This document shows, piece by piece, positions 8,537 through 18,244 of a stretch of DNA of 64,000 bases. The stretch lies in IMG/VR virus record IMGVR_UViG_3300042731_008016, positions 36,840 through 100,839 of that record. The stretch is one strand, 5' to 3'. The number at the start of each line of letters is the position of its first letter. Within the stretch, counting starts at the first letter, position 1. The DNA is from a virus. A program made the translations under genes and the position numbers. The notes below the pieces were generated by a model that had not been told where the DNA came from, did not search any database, and saw only the letters and a program-made list of their open reading frames with translations.

Positions 8537-9148
8537 ATGACTAATAATATGGTACCGTCAAAAAGTAATCCAATTACTTTAGACCCAAACTTTTTAAACA
8601 ACGCACAGGATTGGGAGGACTTTGTTAGCCTTTGGATGGTGTCCAAGGAAATTGATGTTCGTAACCAATGGTTTAAAGGTGATATTGCCAACAGAGTTGC
8701 CGTTGTTCATGGAGAGGGTAGTTTAAGAAAATTTGCCCAAGAAGTAGGTGAATCGCTCAGAACCGTGGAACATTATAGACGTGTTTCTCGTGCTTTCACT
8801 GGCAACGATAGGCTACTCAATCTCAGCTGGACCCATTATTTGATTGCTTCATTCTCTGATTCATACAAAAAAGGAGAAGGAAAGTTTGATGGCACTGACA
8901 GGCTTAAATGGATTGAAAAAGCCAATGATGAGGGTTGGTCAACTACTAGACTTGTAGCAGAAATTAAAAAGGCAGGAGCTATTGCTGATAAACAAAGTGT
9001 CTATGCTTACTACAACGATTACTTTGACAAACTAAAAAATATTCTGATGCACATTGAGAAAGATTCACTCACTGATAAGGAAAAATCAAAGTTAGTTGCA
9101 AAGCTCACAGATACCTTAATTGAGTTCAAAAACTACCTTAAATCCTAA
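8537..9148 (+). CDS. putative DNA-binding protein (LmbU/DUF1016-N-like)
   Basis: QWFKGD...LSWTHY...WIEKANDEGWSTTRL pattern. Confidence 0.45.
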   Translation: MTNNMVPSKSNPITLDPNFLNNAQDWEDFVSLWMVSKEIDVRNQWFKGDIANRVAVVHGEGSLRKFAQEVGESLRTVEHYRRVSRAFTGNDRLLNLSWTHYLIASFSDSYKKGEGKFDGTDRLKWIEKANDEGWSTTRLVAEIKKAGAIADKQSVYAYYNDYFDKLKNILMHIEKDSLTDKEKSKLVAKLTDTLIEFKNYLKS

Positions 9149-9160
9149 GGGGGGTTGTTA

Positions 9161-9189
9161 TTGATTTTTGTTTAGTTTTTTGGTATAAT
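9161..9189 (+). promoter_or_regulatory. sigma70-type promoter with extended -10
   Basis: TTGATT-N17-TATAAT with TG. Confidence 0.75.
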
Positions 9190-9213
9190 ATAATTTAGAA
9201 AATTAAGAGAATT

Positions 9214-10149
9214 ATGGACCAAAAAGAAGCTAAAAAACTACTAAACGATATTAAAACGGGGAAGCATCAAACCTTGAGAATGAATGATACATTTCAATTT
9301 AAGTGTACTAGCTGTGGAAAGTGTTGTTTCAATAATGAAGTCTTACTAAATTGTTATGATCTTATTAGATTGAGGCATGGTTTAAGAGCGTCCACTAACG
9401 ATATTCTCCAACAAAAACTTATTTCATTTCATATCGGACCATCATCAGGATTACCAGTCTGCATGATTAATTTTATGGATCTTGCTTCTAGAATGTCAAA
9501 GTGTCCGTTTTTAGCACCAGCTATTAAGGCTGACGTTAATAAAAGAAGCAAGTCTGAAATGAAAAGGGTATTGGCACAAGGAGCCGAAATTGAAAAATGG
9601 TTATGTGCTATTCACAAAGATCGTCCATTAGCTTGTAGATTCTATCCATGTGGTCGGATTAAGAAAATTAACAACAAAACTGGTAACGTAAAATCTACTT
9701 TTATACTCCAAGATATCGCCGATTTCTGTCCAGGATTCAAAGAAAAACAAAAACAAACATTAAAGCAATATTTGAAGGAATCTGACTTTAAGCAGTATGA
9801 CGCTGGGAGTGCTAAATACGCTTCGTTGATGGAAAGACTGATATCATCGGGTTTTTTTATACCCACCAAACACAACAAATCGGGATCCAATGACCAAAAA
9901 CCATTATTGACCGATAAATCAAGGATTCTTTTTTTACTAGCGAACACAATGTACAACTTCGATTCGTTCAATTATTTCAGTAACGATGAACGAGTCCTTA
10001 AAACGATCAATGATCCTGATGCAAATCACGATGATTTTATGTATGTCTTCACTAAAATCATTAAAATGGTAGAGCATTTGATTAAGCTCTATAAAGAAAA
10101 TGATGAAGATGAAGAAGCCGTTTATAAATTAATTAATAGTCAAAACTAA
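9214..10149 (+). CDS. YkgJ-family CxxCxxCC cysteine-cluster protein
   Basis: FKCTSCGKCC, CPFL, CAIHKDRPLACRFYP, CPG. Confidence 0.85.
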   Translation: MDQKEAKKLLNDIKTGKHQTLRMNDTFQFKCTSCGKCCFNNEVLLNCYDLIRLRHGLRASTNDILQQKLISFHIGPSSGLPVCMINFMDLASRMSKCPFLAPAIKADVNKRSKSEMKRVLAQGAEIEKWLCAIHKDRPLACRFYPCGRIKKINNKTGNVKSTFILQDIADFCPGFKEKQKQTLKQYLKESDFKQYDAGSAKYASLMERLISSGFFIPTKHNKSGSNDQKPLLTDKSRILFLLANTMYNFDSFNYFSNDERVLKTINDPDANHDDFMYVFTKIIKMVEHLIKLYKENDEDEEAVYKLINSQN

Positions 10150-10162
10150 GGAGGTGGATAAT

Positions 10163-11053
10163 ATGCCAACAAAAAAGACTAAAACCAAAAAAGATAAAAA
10201 AGTAAACGTTCCAGTCAACGCCGAAGAAGAAAGTAATGTTGAACTGTCACCTTACGAAGCAATGGATTTAGCTGATGAAGCTCAAATCATTGATGAATTA
10301 GAGGGAAAGCTATCGCCAATCGATATGGAAACATTCGTTTACAGTTTCATGGACAAATCGACTGGTAAGGAAATTACTGGCCTTTCATGGAAAGGTACTA
10401 AAGCAACTTGGTGGGAACTTAACAGTCGTAAGTTAACTGATATGACAGTTACAAAAGACGTAAAGATCACTCAGGGTGAAGGATATGTTGATGTCGCAGT
10501 TTATGCCTATGATAATAAACGAAAAATTGGTGCTTGGGGAATGGCTCGTGGCTATACAAGTATGCAAACCAGAAATGGTTCGATGGTAGATAGATTTGCT
10601 TCAGCTAAAGCAATGAGCAAGGCTCAACGAAATGCTTTGAATCAATTGTTCCCATCAGAATTAGTAGCGAAACTCATTAAAGAGTGGATCGATAAAGGCC
10701 ATGCCAAAAAGCTCAGTCCTCAATCTACAGCTCAAACTAGGCAGAGAGTAGTACATTCAAGTCAAGTAAGAAGTGGTCCTAGCCAAGAAAATTTGATGAA
10801 CAAGTACGGGATGGACACTAAACAGGTGCCACCAAAATGTCCTAGCTGTGGCGCTACTATGAGGATCATTGAAAGAAAAGATAAAACTGGAATTTTCTGG
10901 AGTTGTCCAAACTGGAGAACCAAAGGTTGCAAGGGATATAGTATCGATGAAGTCGATTTAGACGGAACCATTACTATGAAAAAGAAGTCTGCTCCTAAAA
11001 AGCAGGCACCCAAAACAACAGCAGAAGATGTAGCAGACGACATTCCGTTCTAG
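10163..11053 (+). CDS. putative recombination/ssDNA-annealing protein with topoisomerase-type C4 zinc ribbon and SSB-like tail
   Basis: AKAMSKAQRNAL; CPSCG..M....FWSCPNW...C; ends DDIPF. Confidence 0.55.
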   Translation: MPTKKTKTKKDKKVNVPVNAEEESNVELSPYEAMDLADEAQIIDELEGKLSPIDMETFVYSFMDKSTGKEITGLSWKGTKATWWELNSRKLTDMTVTKDVKITQGEGYVDVAVYAYDNKRKIGAWGMARGYTSMQTRNGSMVDRFASAKAMSKAQRNALNQLFPSELVAKLIKEWIDKGHAKKLSPQSTAQTRQRVVHSSQVRSGPSQENLMNKYGMDTKQVPPKCPSCGATMRIIERKDKTGIFWSCPNWRTKGCKGYSIDEVDLDGTITMKKKSAPKKQAPKTTAEDVADDIPF

Positions 11054-11265
11054 AAATCAGGGGGTTTTGTTTAAGCTCACAAGACCCCCTTCTTGTGGAG
11101 ACGAAATGAAAACGAAAAAGAAAATTATTAAAAAGTTTAAGTTCGACAGATGCTATAAATGCAAACGTCTAATTTGGCCATGGGAAAAAAGAGTATTTAT
11201 TGGTGTAGATTTTGCTCACCACTCGTCTAGCTTTATAGCCTGTTTTAAACATTCAAAGGAGAATA

Positions 11266-11523
11266 ATGAAACAAAGAATAACTAAATATGGAGAATTAGT
11301 TGTCATTGTCACTAAAGATAATGGTTATTGGCACCTGAGTGTTTCTCATAGAAATCGCTATCCCACCTGGGATGAAATTAAAGATGTCCGTTATAAATTC
11401 CTCCCGAATGAAATTACGGTTGGTCTTTTATTGCCTCCAAAAGAGGAGTACGTGAATGTCCACCCTAATTGTTTCCACTTATGGGAAGTTCGATGTGAGG
11501 GTGAAAGGATAACTAGCCTATGA
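11266..11523 (+). CDS. conserved phage hypothetical protein
   Basis: WHLSVSH..RYPTWDEIK...PPKEEYVNVHPNCFHLW. Confidence 0.7.
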   Translation: MKQRITKYGELVVIVTKDNGYWHLSVSHRNRYPTWDEIKDVRYKFLPNEITVGLLLPPKEEYVNVHPNCFHLWEVRCEGERITSL

Positions 11524-12341
11524 CAAAATTTCCAGGATTCCCAAAAGAACCCGCGACAAATTATTGGCCATACCCGAAAGCCTTAAATGGCTGGTGGCAT
11601 ATATTAAGCGGGGCTGAACAAAAAATTTTGGATTATATTTTGAGACATACGTGGGGTTTTAAAAAGAATGCTGATTTTATTTCTTACTCACAATTTAAAG
11701 AAGGTGTTAGGGGATGCGATAAAGGATGTGGACTTAAAAGCGATACTACAATAGCAAAAGCGCTTGAAGGTTTAGAAAGTAAAGGATTTATTAATAGAAG
11801 TGGTGGTAAACCTCAGAGTGGAAAAACCCGAAGATATACATTAACTTTTCTAGGTACTCCAGAAAATGAAGAACTCTTTAATAGTTCTTCAAAAAATGGA
11901 GAAGGTTCTCCAGAAAATGAAGAAGGTTCTTCAGAAAATGGAGATACAATAAAGGATTTATCAATAAAGGATATTATCAATAATAATAATATATATAAGA
12001 AAAATAGCCCTCAACAAAATATTTGGCTTCATTATTGCAATAAATTCCAAAGAGATCCTAAAAGATATAAACTCTCAGCAAAGAGAATTAAAAAAATTAA
12101 CTACAGATTAAAAGAATTTAGTGAAGCAGCAATTATAAAGGCAATCACTAATGCTTCAGAGGATTATTTTTACTCTGGAAACAATAACAGAGGATGGACC
12201 GCTGACCTTGATTATATTACCAGAAACTATGAAATTATGGAGCGCTTATATAATCTAAAGCCAAGAAAAACAAATGTAGATTACCAATCTCCTAAAAATG
12301 TGACCATCGCTAAAAAGAAAGGAAAATATGCAAACTTCTAA
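11520..12341 (+). CDS. phage replication initiator (lambda O-like)
   Basis: N-terminal wHTH (LSGAEQKILDYILRHTWGF), internal iterons, GWTADLDYI C-domain, next to DnaC-like gene. Confidence 0.75.
   Translation: MTKFPGFPKEPATNYWPYPKALNGWWHILSGAEQKILDYILRHTWGFKKNADFISYSQFKEGVRGCDKGCGLKSDTTIAKALEGLESKGFINRSGGKPQSGKTRRYTLTFLGTPENEELFNSSSKNGEGSPENEEGSSENGDTIKDLSIKDIINNNNIYKKNSPQQNIWLHYCNKFQRDPKRYKLSAKRIKKINYRLKEFSEAAIIKAITNASEDYFYSGNNNRGWTADLDYITRNYEIMERLYNLKPRKTNVDYQSPKNVTIAKKKGKYANF
11854..12000. repeat. iterons plus AT-rich tract; probable replication origin
   Basis: GT(T/A)CTYCARAAAATGRAGA at 11854, 11884, 11905, 11926, then CAATAAAGGAT x2 and an AT-only run. Confidence 0.7.
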
Positions 12342-13014
12342 CGATAAAAAAACTATAATTTGTGAGCTTTGTGAAAAACCTTACGAAGTTGATTCCTGGG
12401 AATTAGGTTATAAAAAAATTCTTGGTCATCCAGAATGTGAAGAAAAAATTAAAAGACATACTCGAATTGGAATTGATAAAAGATTTTGGAATTTACCTAA
12501 ATTTAAAATAGAAAAAGACAACGCCAAAGCTTTTAAAGCTGTAGAGCAATTTATTAAAAATCCTGGAAAAATTGGTTTATTTTTATACGGAGATGCTGGA
12601 AGTGGAAAAACTCATTTGGCAGTAAAGATAGCTCAAGAAATTAAGTTAAATACTAAGTTTGTTAAAACATCAAAATTATTACTTGAAATGAAAAGCAATT
12701 TTGACGGCAAAAGCTGGGAAAACGAAGCTATGGTTAAAAAGCTGTCTGAAATTGATTTATTAATTTTAGATGATTTGGGAGCTGAAAAAACAACTGAATG
12801 GGTAGCTGAAACATTTTATTTACTCATAGATGAGCGATATGGGAAAATGCTCCCAATTGTAATTACGAGCAACCTTTCTCTTGAAGAAATTGAAAAAAGA
12901 TTTGGAGATAGAATTTGTTCCAGAATTACAGAAATGTGTCAAGTAATTAAAATAGATTCTGAAGATGCGAGAATCAAGAAAAATAAACAAATATCAGTTG
13001 CCGATATTAATTAA
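12328..13014 (+). CDS. DnaC/IstB-like helicase loader ATPase
   Basis: GDAGSGKTHLA; LLILDDLGAE; ITSNL; GDRICSRI. Confidence 0.9.
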   Translation: MQTSNDKKTIICELCEKPYEVDSWELGYKKILGHPECEEKIKRHTRIGIDKRFWNLPKFKIEKDNAKAFKAVEQFIKNPGKIGLFLYGDAGSGKTHLAVKIAQEIKLNTKFVKTSKLLLEMKSNFDGKSWENEAMVKKLSEIDLLILDDLGAEKTTEWVAETFYLLIDERYGKMLPIVITSNLSLEEIEKRFGDRICSRITEMCQVIKIDSEDARIKKNKQISVADIN

Positions 13015-13057
13015 ATTGGTATTATTGGAAAAATGAAAGGAGTTGTTCGCAGATTTA

Positions 13058-13086
13058 TTGATTCAAAAGGGGATTTATGGTATAAT
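13058..13086 (+). promoter_or_regulatory. sigma70-type promoter with extended -10
   Basis: TTGATT-N17-TATAAT with TG; ATG 13097 follows. Confidence 0.7.
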
Positions 13087-13096
13087 ATATTTAAAT

Positions 13097-13462
13097 ATGC
13101 CTTACGGAAAAGTACCATACGACCCAATAATAGATAGCTTTAGATGTGAATACCCTGTAAAAGATAGTAGCGGGAACGATGTTCCCTGTGGAAAATGGTG
13201 TAGAGATCTTGCAAGACATATTACTAGACATCACAAGATAACTGTTAGAGAATATAAGCAAATGTTTGGATTAAACATGAATGCTTCTTTAATCTCAAAA
13301 TCAACAAAAGAAAAACTTAGACAGGCTGTACAAAAACATAAAACTTATGTTAATTTAGAAAAAGGCAAAAAATATAGATTCAAAAAGGGTGAAACAACAG
13401 TTCAAAATTACAAACGCAGTGCACAAACAAAATCTCGCTTGAGAAAACTTCGCTCTAAATGA
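13097..13462 (+). CDS. ROS/MucR-like zinc-finger DNA-binding protein
   Basis: C..CGKWCRDLARHITRHHKITVREYKQMFGL. Confidence 0.6.
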   Translation: MPYGKVPYDPIIDSFRCEYPVKDSSGNDVPCGKWCRDLARHITRHHKITVREYKQMFGLNMNASLISKSTKEKLRQAVQKHKTYVNLEKGKKYRFKKGETTVQNYKRSAQTKSRLRKLRSK

Positions 13463-13495
13463 TATAATTAATTAAGAAAAATTAGGAGAATAATT

Positions 13496-13756
13496 ATGGA
13501 AAATGATAATAAAAATTATGAGACTACGAATTTCCACATTTGCGTTTGGTTGCAAATGAATGGGATTCATTTAAAAGATGTCGACTGGGCAAATAAACGT
13601 AGGGCGAAATTTATATTTGACGATTTTGAAGATAGGGAACTTTTGGTAAGTAATTTTTTCAAACAAGAACAATTGCAAAATTATATTTCTGTGTCACAAG
13701 AAACAAAGGCACGAATGTATGCTGTGAATCCACCAGTCGAATATGAGCGATCTTAA
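13496..13756 (+). CDS. small hypothetical protein (DUF5659-like)
   Basis: YETTNFHICVWL..NG....FIF pattern. Confidence 0.5.
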   Translation: MENDNKNYETTNFHICVWLQMNGIHLKDVDWANKRRAKFIFDDFEDRELLVSNFFKQEQLQNYISVSQETKARMYAVNPPVEYERS

Positions 13757-14705
13757 TAAAGCAATACTAGAGATTAATAAAAAATTCGGTGAAAATACAA
13801 TTGGTAAGATTGCCGATATGCCTGTTATAAAAACAGAGCGAATTTCTTCAGGTTCCCCTTATCTTGATTGGTCTATAGGTGGCGGATGGCCACGAGGTAG
13901 AAGTATTGAACTTTACGGACCATATTCATCAGGAAAATCCCTTATAGCACTCAGAACTATAGCAGAAGCCCAAAAACAAGGACTTAAATGTGTATATTTA
14001 GATGCTGAAAATACTTTTGATCCAGATTTTGCTGAAAAAATAGGCGTTAAAATGGATGAGATTATAATTTCTCAAATTTCTTCAGGAGAACAAGTTTTTA
14101 ATATTTTAGACAAGCTTATTGAAAGCAAAGATGTTGCCATTATAGTTATCGATACAGTAGCTTCATTAGTTCCAGAATATGAAGAACAAGAAGGAATGGA
14201 AAAACAATCAATGGGATTGCAAGCTAGATTAATGAGCAAAGCCATGAGAAAAATTACTGCTAAAGCAGCAAAAAATAAAACTCTTCTTCTTTTTATTAAT
14301 CAATTGAGAGAAAAAATTGGATCATACGGAAACCCATTTACAACACCAGGAGGAAACGCTCTAAAATTCTATTCATCAATTAGATTGGAAGTACGTAGAG
14401 GCGAATTACTTAAAGATGAAAAGAAAATCATTGGTCAACAAGTTAAATTTAAAGTTACTAAATCTAAAGTTGGGCCTTCATTTAGGGATGGATACTTTAT
14501 GTTTTATCAACCAGATCCAAGTGCACCAGATATTGAACTATTTGACGAAGCTGATGAGATAGTATCAATGCTCTTATTAAATAAAAAAATAAAAAGAAGA
14601 GGCGCTTACTATGATGCTGTTGGAAAAACATTTAAAGGTAGAGAAGAACTTGAAAGAGAAATTAGAGTTAATAAAGACTTTAGAAAGCAATTAGAGGCAC
14701 TATGA
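13743..14705 (+). CDS. recA: RecA recombinase
   Basis: GGGWPRGRSIELYGPYSSGKS; YLDAE; GLQARLMSKAMRK; FINQLREKIG; PGGNALKFYSSIRL. Confidence 0.95.
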   Translation: MSDLNKAILEINKKFGENTIGKIADMPVIKTERISSGSPYLDWSIGGGWPRGRSIELYGPYSSGKSLIALRTIAEAQKQGLKCVYLDAENTFDPDFAEKIGVKMDEIIISQISSGEQVFNILDKLIESKDVAIIVIDTVASLVPEYEEQEGMEKQSMGLQARLMSKAMRKITAKAAKNKTLLLFINQLREKIGSYGNPFTTPGGNALKFYSSIRLEVRRGELLKDEKKIIGQQVKFKVTKSKVGPSFRDGYFMFYQPDPSAPDIELFDEADEIVSMLLLNKKIKRRGAYYDAVGKTFKGREELEREIRVNKDFRKQLEAL

Positions 14706-14953
14706 TAATCTTACCAAAAAATATTAAATTTGAACTAGACTATTTTGAGTTTGGTTACCTATTCACTTCAATCAAAGAAGACGCATGGGATAGAATGCCC
14801 CGTAGACTATGGTTATTATTTAAGATAACTTCTCTAGAAGCTTATCGGAAACACCCTGCATTCGGTAAAAGGGACAGGGAAAAACTCGATAAGTGGAGAG
14901 AAGAATTACAAAAATTAGAAAAAGGAGGTCAAGATGGCACGAAGTCTAAATAA
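14702..14953 (+). CDS. hypothetical protein
   Basis: ATGA overlap with recA. Confidence 0.5.
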   Translation: MIILPKNIKFELDYFEFGYLFTSIKEDAWDRMPRRLWLLFKITSLEAYRKHPAFGKRDREKLDKWREELQKLEKGGQDGTKSK

Positions 14954-15344
14954 AGTGATACTCATTGGGAATCTGACCAGAGACCCAGAATTAAAATATA
15001 CTCATAGTGGAACTGCAGTTTGTAGTTTTACTGTTGCTACAAATAGACAGTGGAAAGATTCTAGTGGAAATGAACAAGATCAGGCAAGTTTTCATCGTTG
15101 TGTAGCTTGGAGTAAACTAGCTGAAATTTGTGGTCAATATCTTTTTAAAGGAAAAAAGGTGTATATTGATGGTAGGATACAAAATAGAAGTTGGGAAACC
15201 CAACAAGGTGAGAAAAAGTACATGACCGAGATTGTAGTCAACGAGATGATTATGCTCGGAGATAATAGAAGTCAAGGTATTACTCCCCAGGATGCAGAAA
15301 ACGCTCTAGGAGCTGAGGATTATCCACCAGAGCCAGAAGAATAA
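14934..15344 (+). CDS. ssb: single-stranded DNA-binding protein
   Basis: SLNKVILIGNLTRDPE; FTVATNRQW; KGKKVYIDGRIQNRSW. Confidence 0.95.
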   Translation: MARSLNKVILIGNLTRDPELKYTHSGTAVCSFTVATNRQWKDSSGNEQDQASFHRCVAWSKLAEICGQYLFKGKKVYIDGRIQNRSWETQQGEKKYMTEIVVNEMIMLGDNRSQGITPQDAENALGAEDYPPEPEE

Positions 15345-15371
15345 TAATTATTAATCAAAGAGGTAAACTCT

Positions 15372-15626
15372 ATGCAATTAGCAAGCGGAAGCGGACTAAA
15401 CTATGTAGAGCCAATCATCACCTCTGACCGTGCCCAAGAGGTCGAAGAAGTTGTGGTTGAAGAAAAAATAGCCACCACTCAAACTGAGGTTGCACAACCA
15501 ACTCCCCTTTCAGAACCTACAAAGGATACTTCAAGTCCAAGTTGGATTGTATTGTTCTTAGTAATGGTTGTATTAGGGGCTATCGCTGTTGTTCAGATGA
15601 TTCGAAGTAGCAAAACTAAAAAATAA
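15372..15626 (+). CDS. small membrane-anchored protein
   Basis: P/T-rich stalk and C-terminal TM helix. Confidence 0.55.
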   Translation: MQLASGSGLNYVEPIITSDRAQEVEEVVVEEKIATTQTEVAQPTPLSEPTKDTSSPSWIVLFLVMVVLGAIAVVQMIRSSKTKK

Positions 15627-15931
15627 TGGCTAAACAACATTGGCAGAAAAAAGAAAGCAAGGATGCTGATGAATTCGGGGGAAGAGTCACACCCCGCAGT
15701 GGCGGGATGTGGTCTTTCCCTGGTGACGTTAAAACAGAACACTTTCTTATTGATGCCAAAACTACCAATCATAAGAGCTTTAGTATTACTGCGAGTATGT
15801 GGAGGAAACTCTATGCCCAGGCTCTAAAGTCTCAAAGATTACCATGTTTATCTATTGAACTTGTCGACGAAGATATAGAAGTGGTAGTATTGGATAAGAA
15901 CGACTTTATTTCGTTTTTTAAGGAAAACTAA
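15626..15931 (+). CDS. PD-(D/E)XK Holliday-junction-resolvase-like nuclease
   Basis: GGRVTPRSGG..GDV....IDAKTT. Confidence 0.65.
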   Translation: MAKQHWQKKESKDADEFGGRVTPRSGGMWSFPGDVKTEHFLIDAKTTNHKSFSITASMWRKLYAQALKSQRLPCLSIELVDEDIEVVVLDKNDFISFFKEN

Positions 15932-16092
15932 TATGATTCAAACTAAATATTTTTGCCCAATTCATCAAACAAGTATTTCAACAACTGATCCCAATTTTGC
16001 AAGTGATAAAATGTGGATTAAGAGGGCTAGATCTTTTATGGAAACCCATAAAAACTGTAGTGAGACCATTAAAAAACAACTAGAGGAATACA

Positions 16093-16317
16093 ATGCCTAC
16101 AAGAACGGGAAAAGACACTAAAGGTTGTTATGCCCGCTGGGGTGGGCATGGCAAAAAATATTATTATAAATGTGGCGATAAAAAAGCCAGAGAAAGAGCT
16201 AAAGCCAAGGCAGACGCACAAGGAAGAGCTGCACATGCCCACGGTTATAAAGGCTCTACTACTACAAATTGTTACGCCACAGGATATAAAGGAGACTTAA
16301 ATGACAAAAACACGTAA
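16093..16317 (+). CDS. small basic hypothetical protein
   Basis: WGGHGKKYYY...KADAQGRAAHAHGYKG. Confidence 0.55.
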   Translation: MPTRTGKDTKGCYARWGGHGKKYYYKCGDKKARERAKAKADAQGRAAHAHGYKGSTTTNCYATGYKGDLNDKNT

Positions 16318-16543
16318 GGTTAAGCTTTTAGAGGTATCAGTTCAAATAGTAACAGAGCTTTGCAAAAAGGCTGTAGAGAATAAATTACCTGATGACGCCT
16401 CTGTTATCAGAACTTCTTATAATCCCCTCACAAACAATTTTGATGTAATCGTTCACAGCGAAGAGTTTGATGAAGTACCAGAGGGACAGATGATCCCAAA
16501 AGTTAGTAAAACTCCAGTTGTCTCGACGGATGTGCTAAAATAA
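16301..16543 (+). CDS. conserved phage hypothetical protein
   Basis: LPDDA...HSEEFDEVPEGQMIP. Confidence 0.55.
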   Translation: MTKTRKVKLLEVSVQIVTELCKKAVENKLPDDASVIRTSYNPLTNNFDVIVHSEEFDEVPEGQMIPKVSKTPVVSTDVLK

Positions 16544-16687
16544 TAAATGAGTCTAGTTGACTCGTATATGTTTAGACTCTTAATAGGAGCCATCGTGTTC
16601 CTTACCTTGGTGGGAGTCTTTTATTTTATTACAAAATGGGAAGACAAATTACCACCAACAAAACATAAAGTCTAAGGAAAAGGAAAA

Positions 16688-17047
16688 ATGATATTTTGCT
16701 TACCATGCCTATCATTAATAGTGTACTTTGCAATCATTGGTATCTTTGTTCCAAGTAAAAGGGGGTTTATAAAAGATGCAATTAAGTGCTTTTGGAAAAA
16801 ACTTACAAGACAGCACTGTACAGATGCCTTTGATGATTTAGTTCACAAGCAATTTGTCATGTGGTTAGCCGATAAAAATACTCGAGTAGCAAAGTTATTT
16901 AGTGACAAAAGAGTCTTTGATCTTGCAGTAAGTCTATCTCTTATTGCATTTTCACTCATAAATGTCATATTATTGTATGTACTGTATCAATGGTTATTTA
17001 TTAAGAGTCCCTGTGATACAGCAGGAGAGGGGGTGTGTCCACTATGA
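16688..17047 (+). CDS. membrane protein with two TM segments
   Basis: hydrophobic N- and C-terminal segments. Confidence 0.5.
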   Translation: MIFCLPCLSLIVYFAIIGIFVPSKRGFIKDAIKCFWKKLTRQHCTDAFDDLVHKQFVMWLADKNTRVAKLFSDKRVFDLAVSLSLIAFSLINVILLYVLYQWLFIKSPCDTAGEGVCPL

Positions 17048-17326
17048 AACTTTATCAATACGACGATCTAAAGAAAGTAAATCAAGCTCTTGGAAGCTTC
17101 AAAAGGAATAAAGTTCCTGTAAGCGATGTCAAGATTCTCACTGTCGACGGTAAGGTTCAATATTTTATCGTAGCTGATCCTGTTTATACTCCTAAACCAG
17201 AAGAGGATAAACCAAAAAAAGAAGAAACCAAACCTGTCGATAAAAAAGAAGAAGTGGTAGCCGAAGAAAAAGAAGAGACGCCAAAAGAAGAAAAAGAGAA
17301 AAAATAGACTATCTTAGAGAGCAATT

Positions 17327-17593
17327 ATGTCTAAATATGCAGAGTGTCAAAGTTGTGGCACTATTCATTATATAATCAGTAAAGAAGAGGCTAAATCCCT
17401 TATCGATGAGGGATATTTAGCTGCTGAATTTTCTGATCGTAATTTAGAGCATTGCTCCAACTGTGGTTTAAAAAAAGGTTTTTCAAAAGTCACTGACGAT
17501 TATGTGGATAAATACTCCAATGGAGACCACATACAACCAATCCTGCTCGATAATGAAAATCTTAAAACAATCACAGAACAGTCTAAGTCTTGA
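17327..17593 (+). CDS. zinc-ribbon protein
   Basis: CQSCG...CSNCG. Confidence 0.5.
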   Translation: MSKYAECQSCGTIHYIISKEEAKSLIDEGYLAAEFSDRNLEHCSNCGLKKGFSKVTDDYVDKYSNGDHIQPILLDNENLKTITEQSKS

Positions 17594-17765
17594 ATTTTTT
17601 CTAGACAAGATGAGTCAATTAGATAGATTACTAGAATCTTCTAATTTGATGTCTACTGAAAGTAAAAAGAATATTCAATGGTACTGTAATTATAGAATTT
17701 CTCAATATTACAAAAGATATGTTGCTGAAAACCCACCTTCTGTGATAAAATGCGTTGAAAATTAA

Positions 17766-17836
17766 AGGTTGGGCGCTGGGCGCAAGAAGCACTCCAAACG
17801 CCTCTTTGCAGGGTTCGACTCCTTGACAGCCTGCCA
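17766..17836 (+). tRNA. tRNA-Trp(CCA)-like with non-canonical cloverleaf
   Basis: acceptor AGGTTG/CAGCCT, G73 and CCA; CT-CCA-AA loop; T arm CAGGG-TTCGACT-CCTTG; D loop only 3 nt. Confidence 0.7.
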
Positions 17837-17884
17837 AGCGGGATTAGTTGATTTTATAACTAATACCCACTATAATGTGGCTAT

Positions 17885-18244
17885 ATGCCATATAAGGACA
17901 TTAAAAAACGAAGACAGAGTTCTCGAAAATACTATTATGCAAATCGAGAGAGGCTAATCGAGCAACAACGAGAGTATCGAGTAAAGTTGCGATTAGAGGT
18001 TCTTTCTCATTATAGTAATGGAGAGCCAAAATGTGCGTGTTGCAAAGAAAGCCAAATAGAATTTCTAGCAATAGACCATATCAATGGAGGTGGTACTAAG
18101 CATAGAAAAAGAATTGGCGGAGGAATGCACACCTATCTTTGGTTGAAAAAGCAAGGCTATCCGAAAGGATACAGAGTCTTATGTCATAATTGTAATCAAG
18201 CTTATGGCTTTTTCGGATACTGTCCTCACAATAAGCGGGATTAG
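17885..18244 (+). CDS. HNH homing endonuclease
   Basis: CACC....LAIDHINGGG...VLCHNCN. Confidence 0.85.
   Translation: MPYKDIKKRRQSSRKYYYANRERLIEQQREYRVKLRLEVLSHYSNGEPKCACCKESQIEFLAIDHINGGGTKHRKRIGGGMHTYLWLKKQGYPKGYRVLCHNCNQAYGFFGYCPHNKRD

Noticed and set aside
13496-15344. Host assignment to CPR/Patescibacteria from SSB, RecA and DUF5659-like resemblance
   Set aside because: An impression only; it needs phylogenetic analysis.
17769-17957. 62-aa ORF and antisense ORF 17631-17837
   Set aside because: They overlap the tRNA-Trp gene and the HNH promoter.
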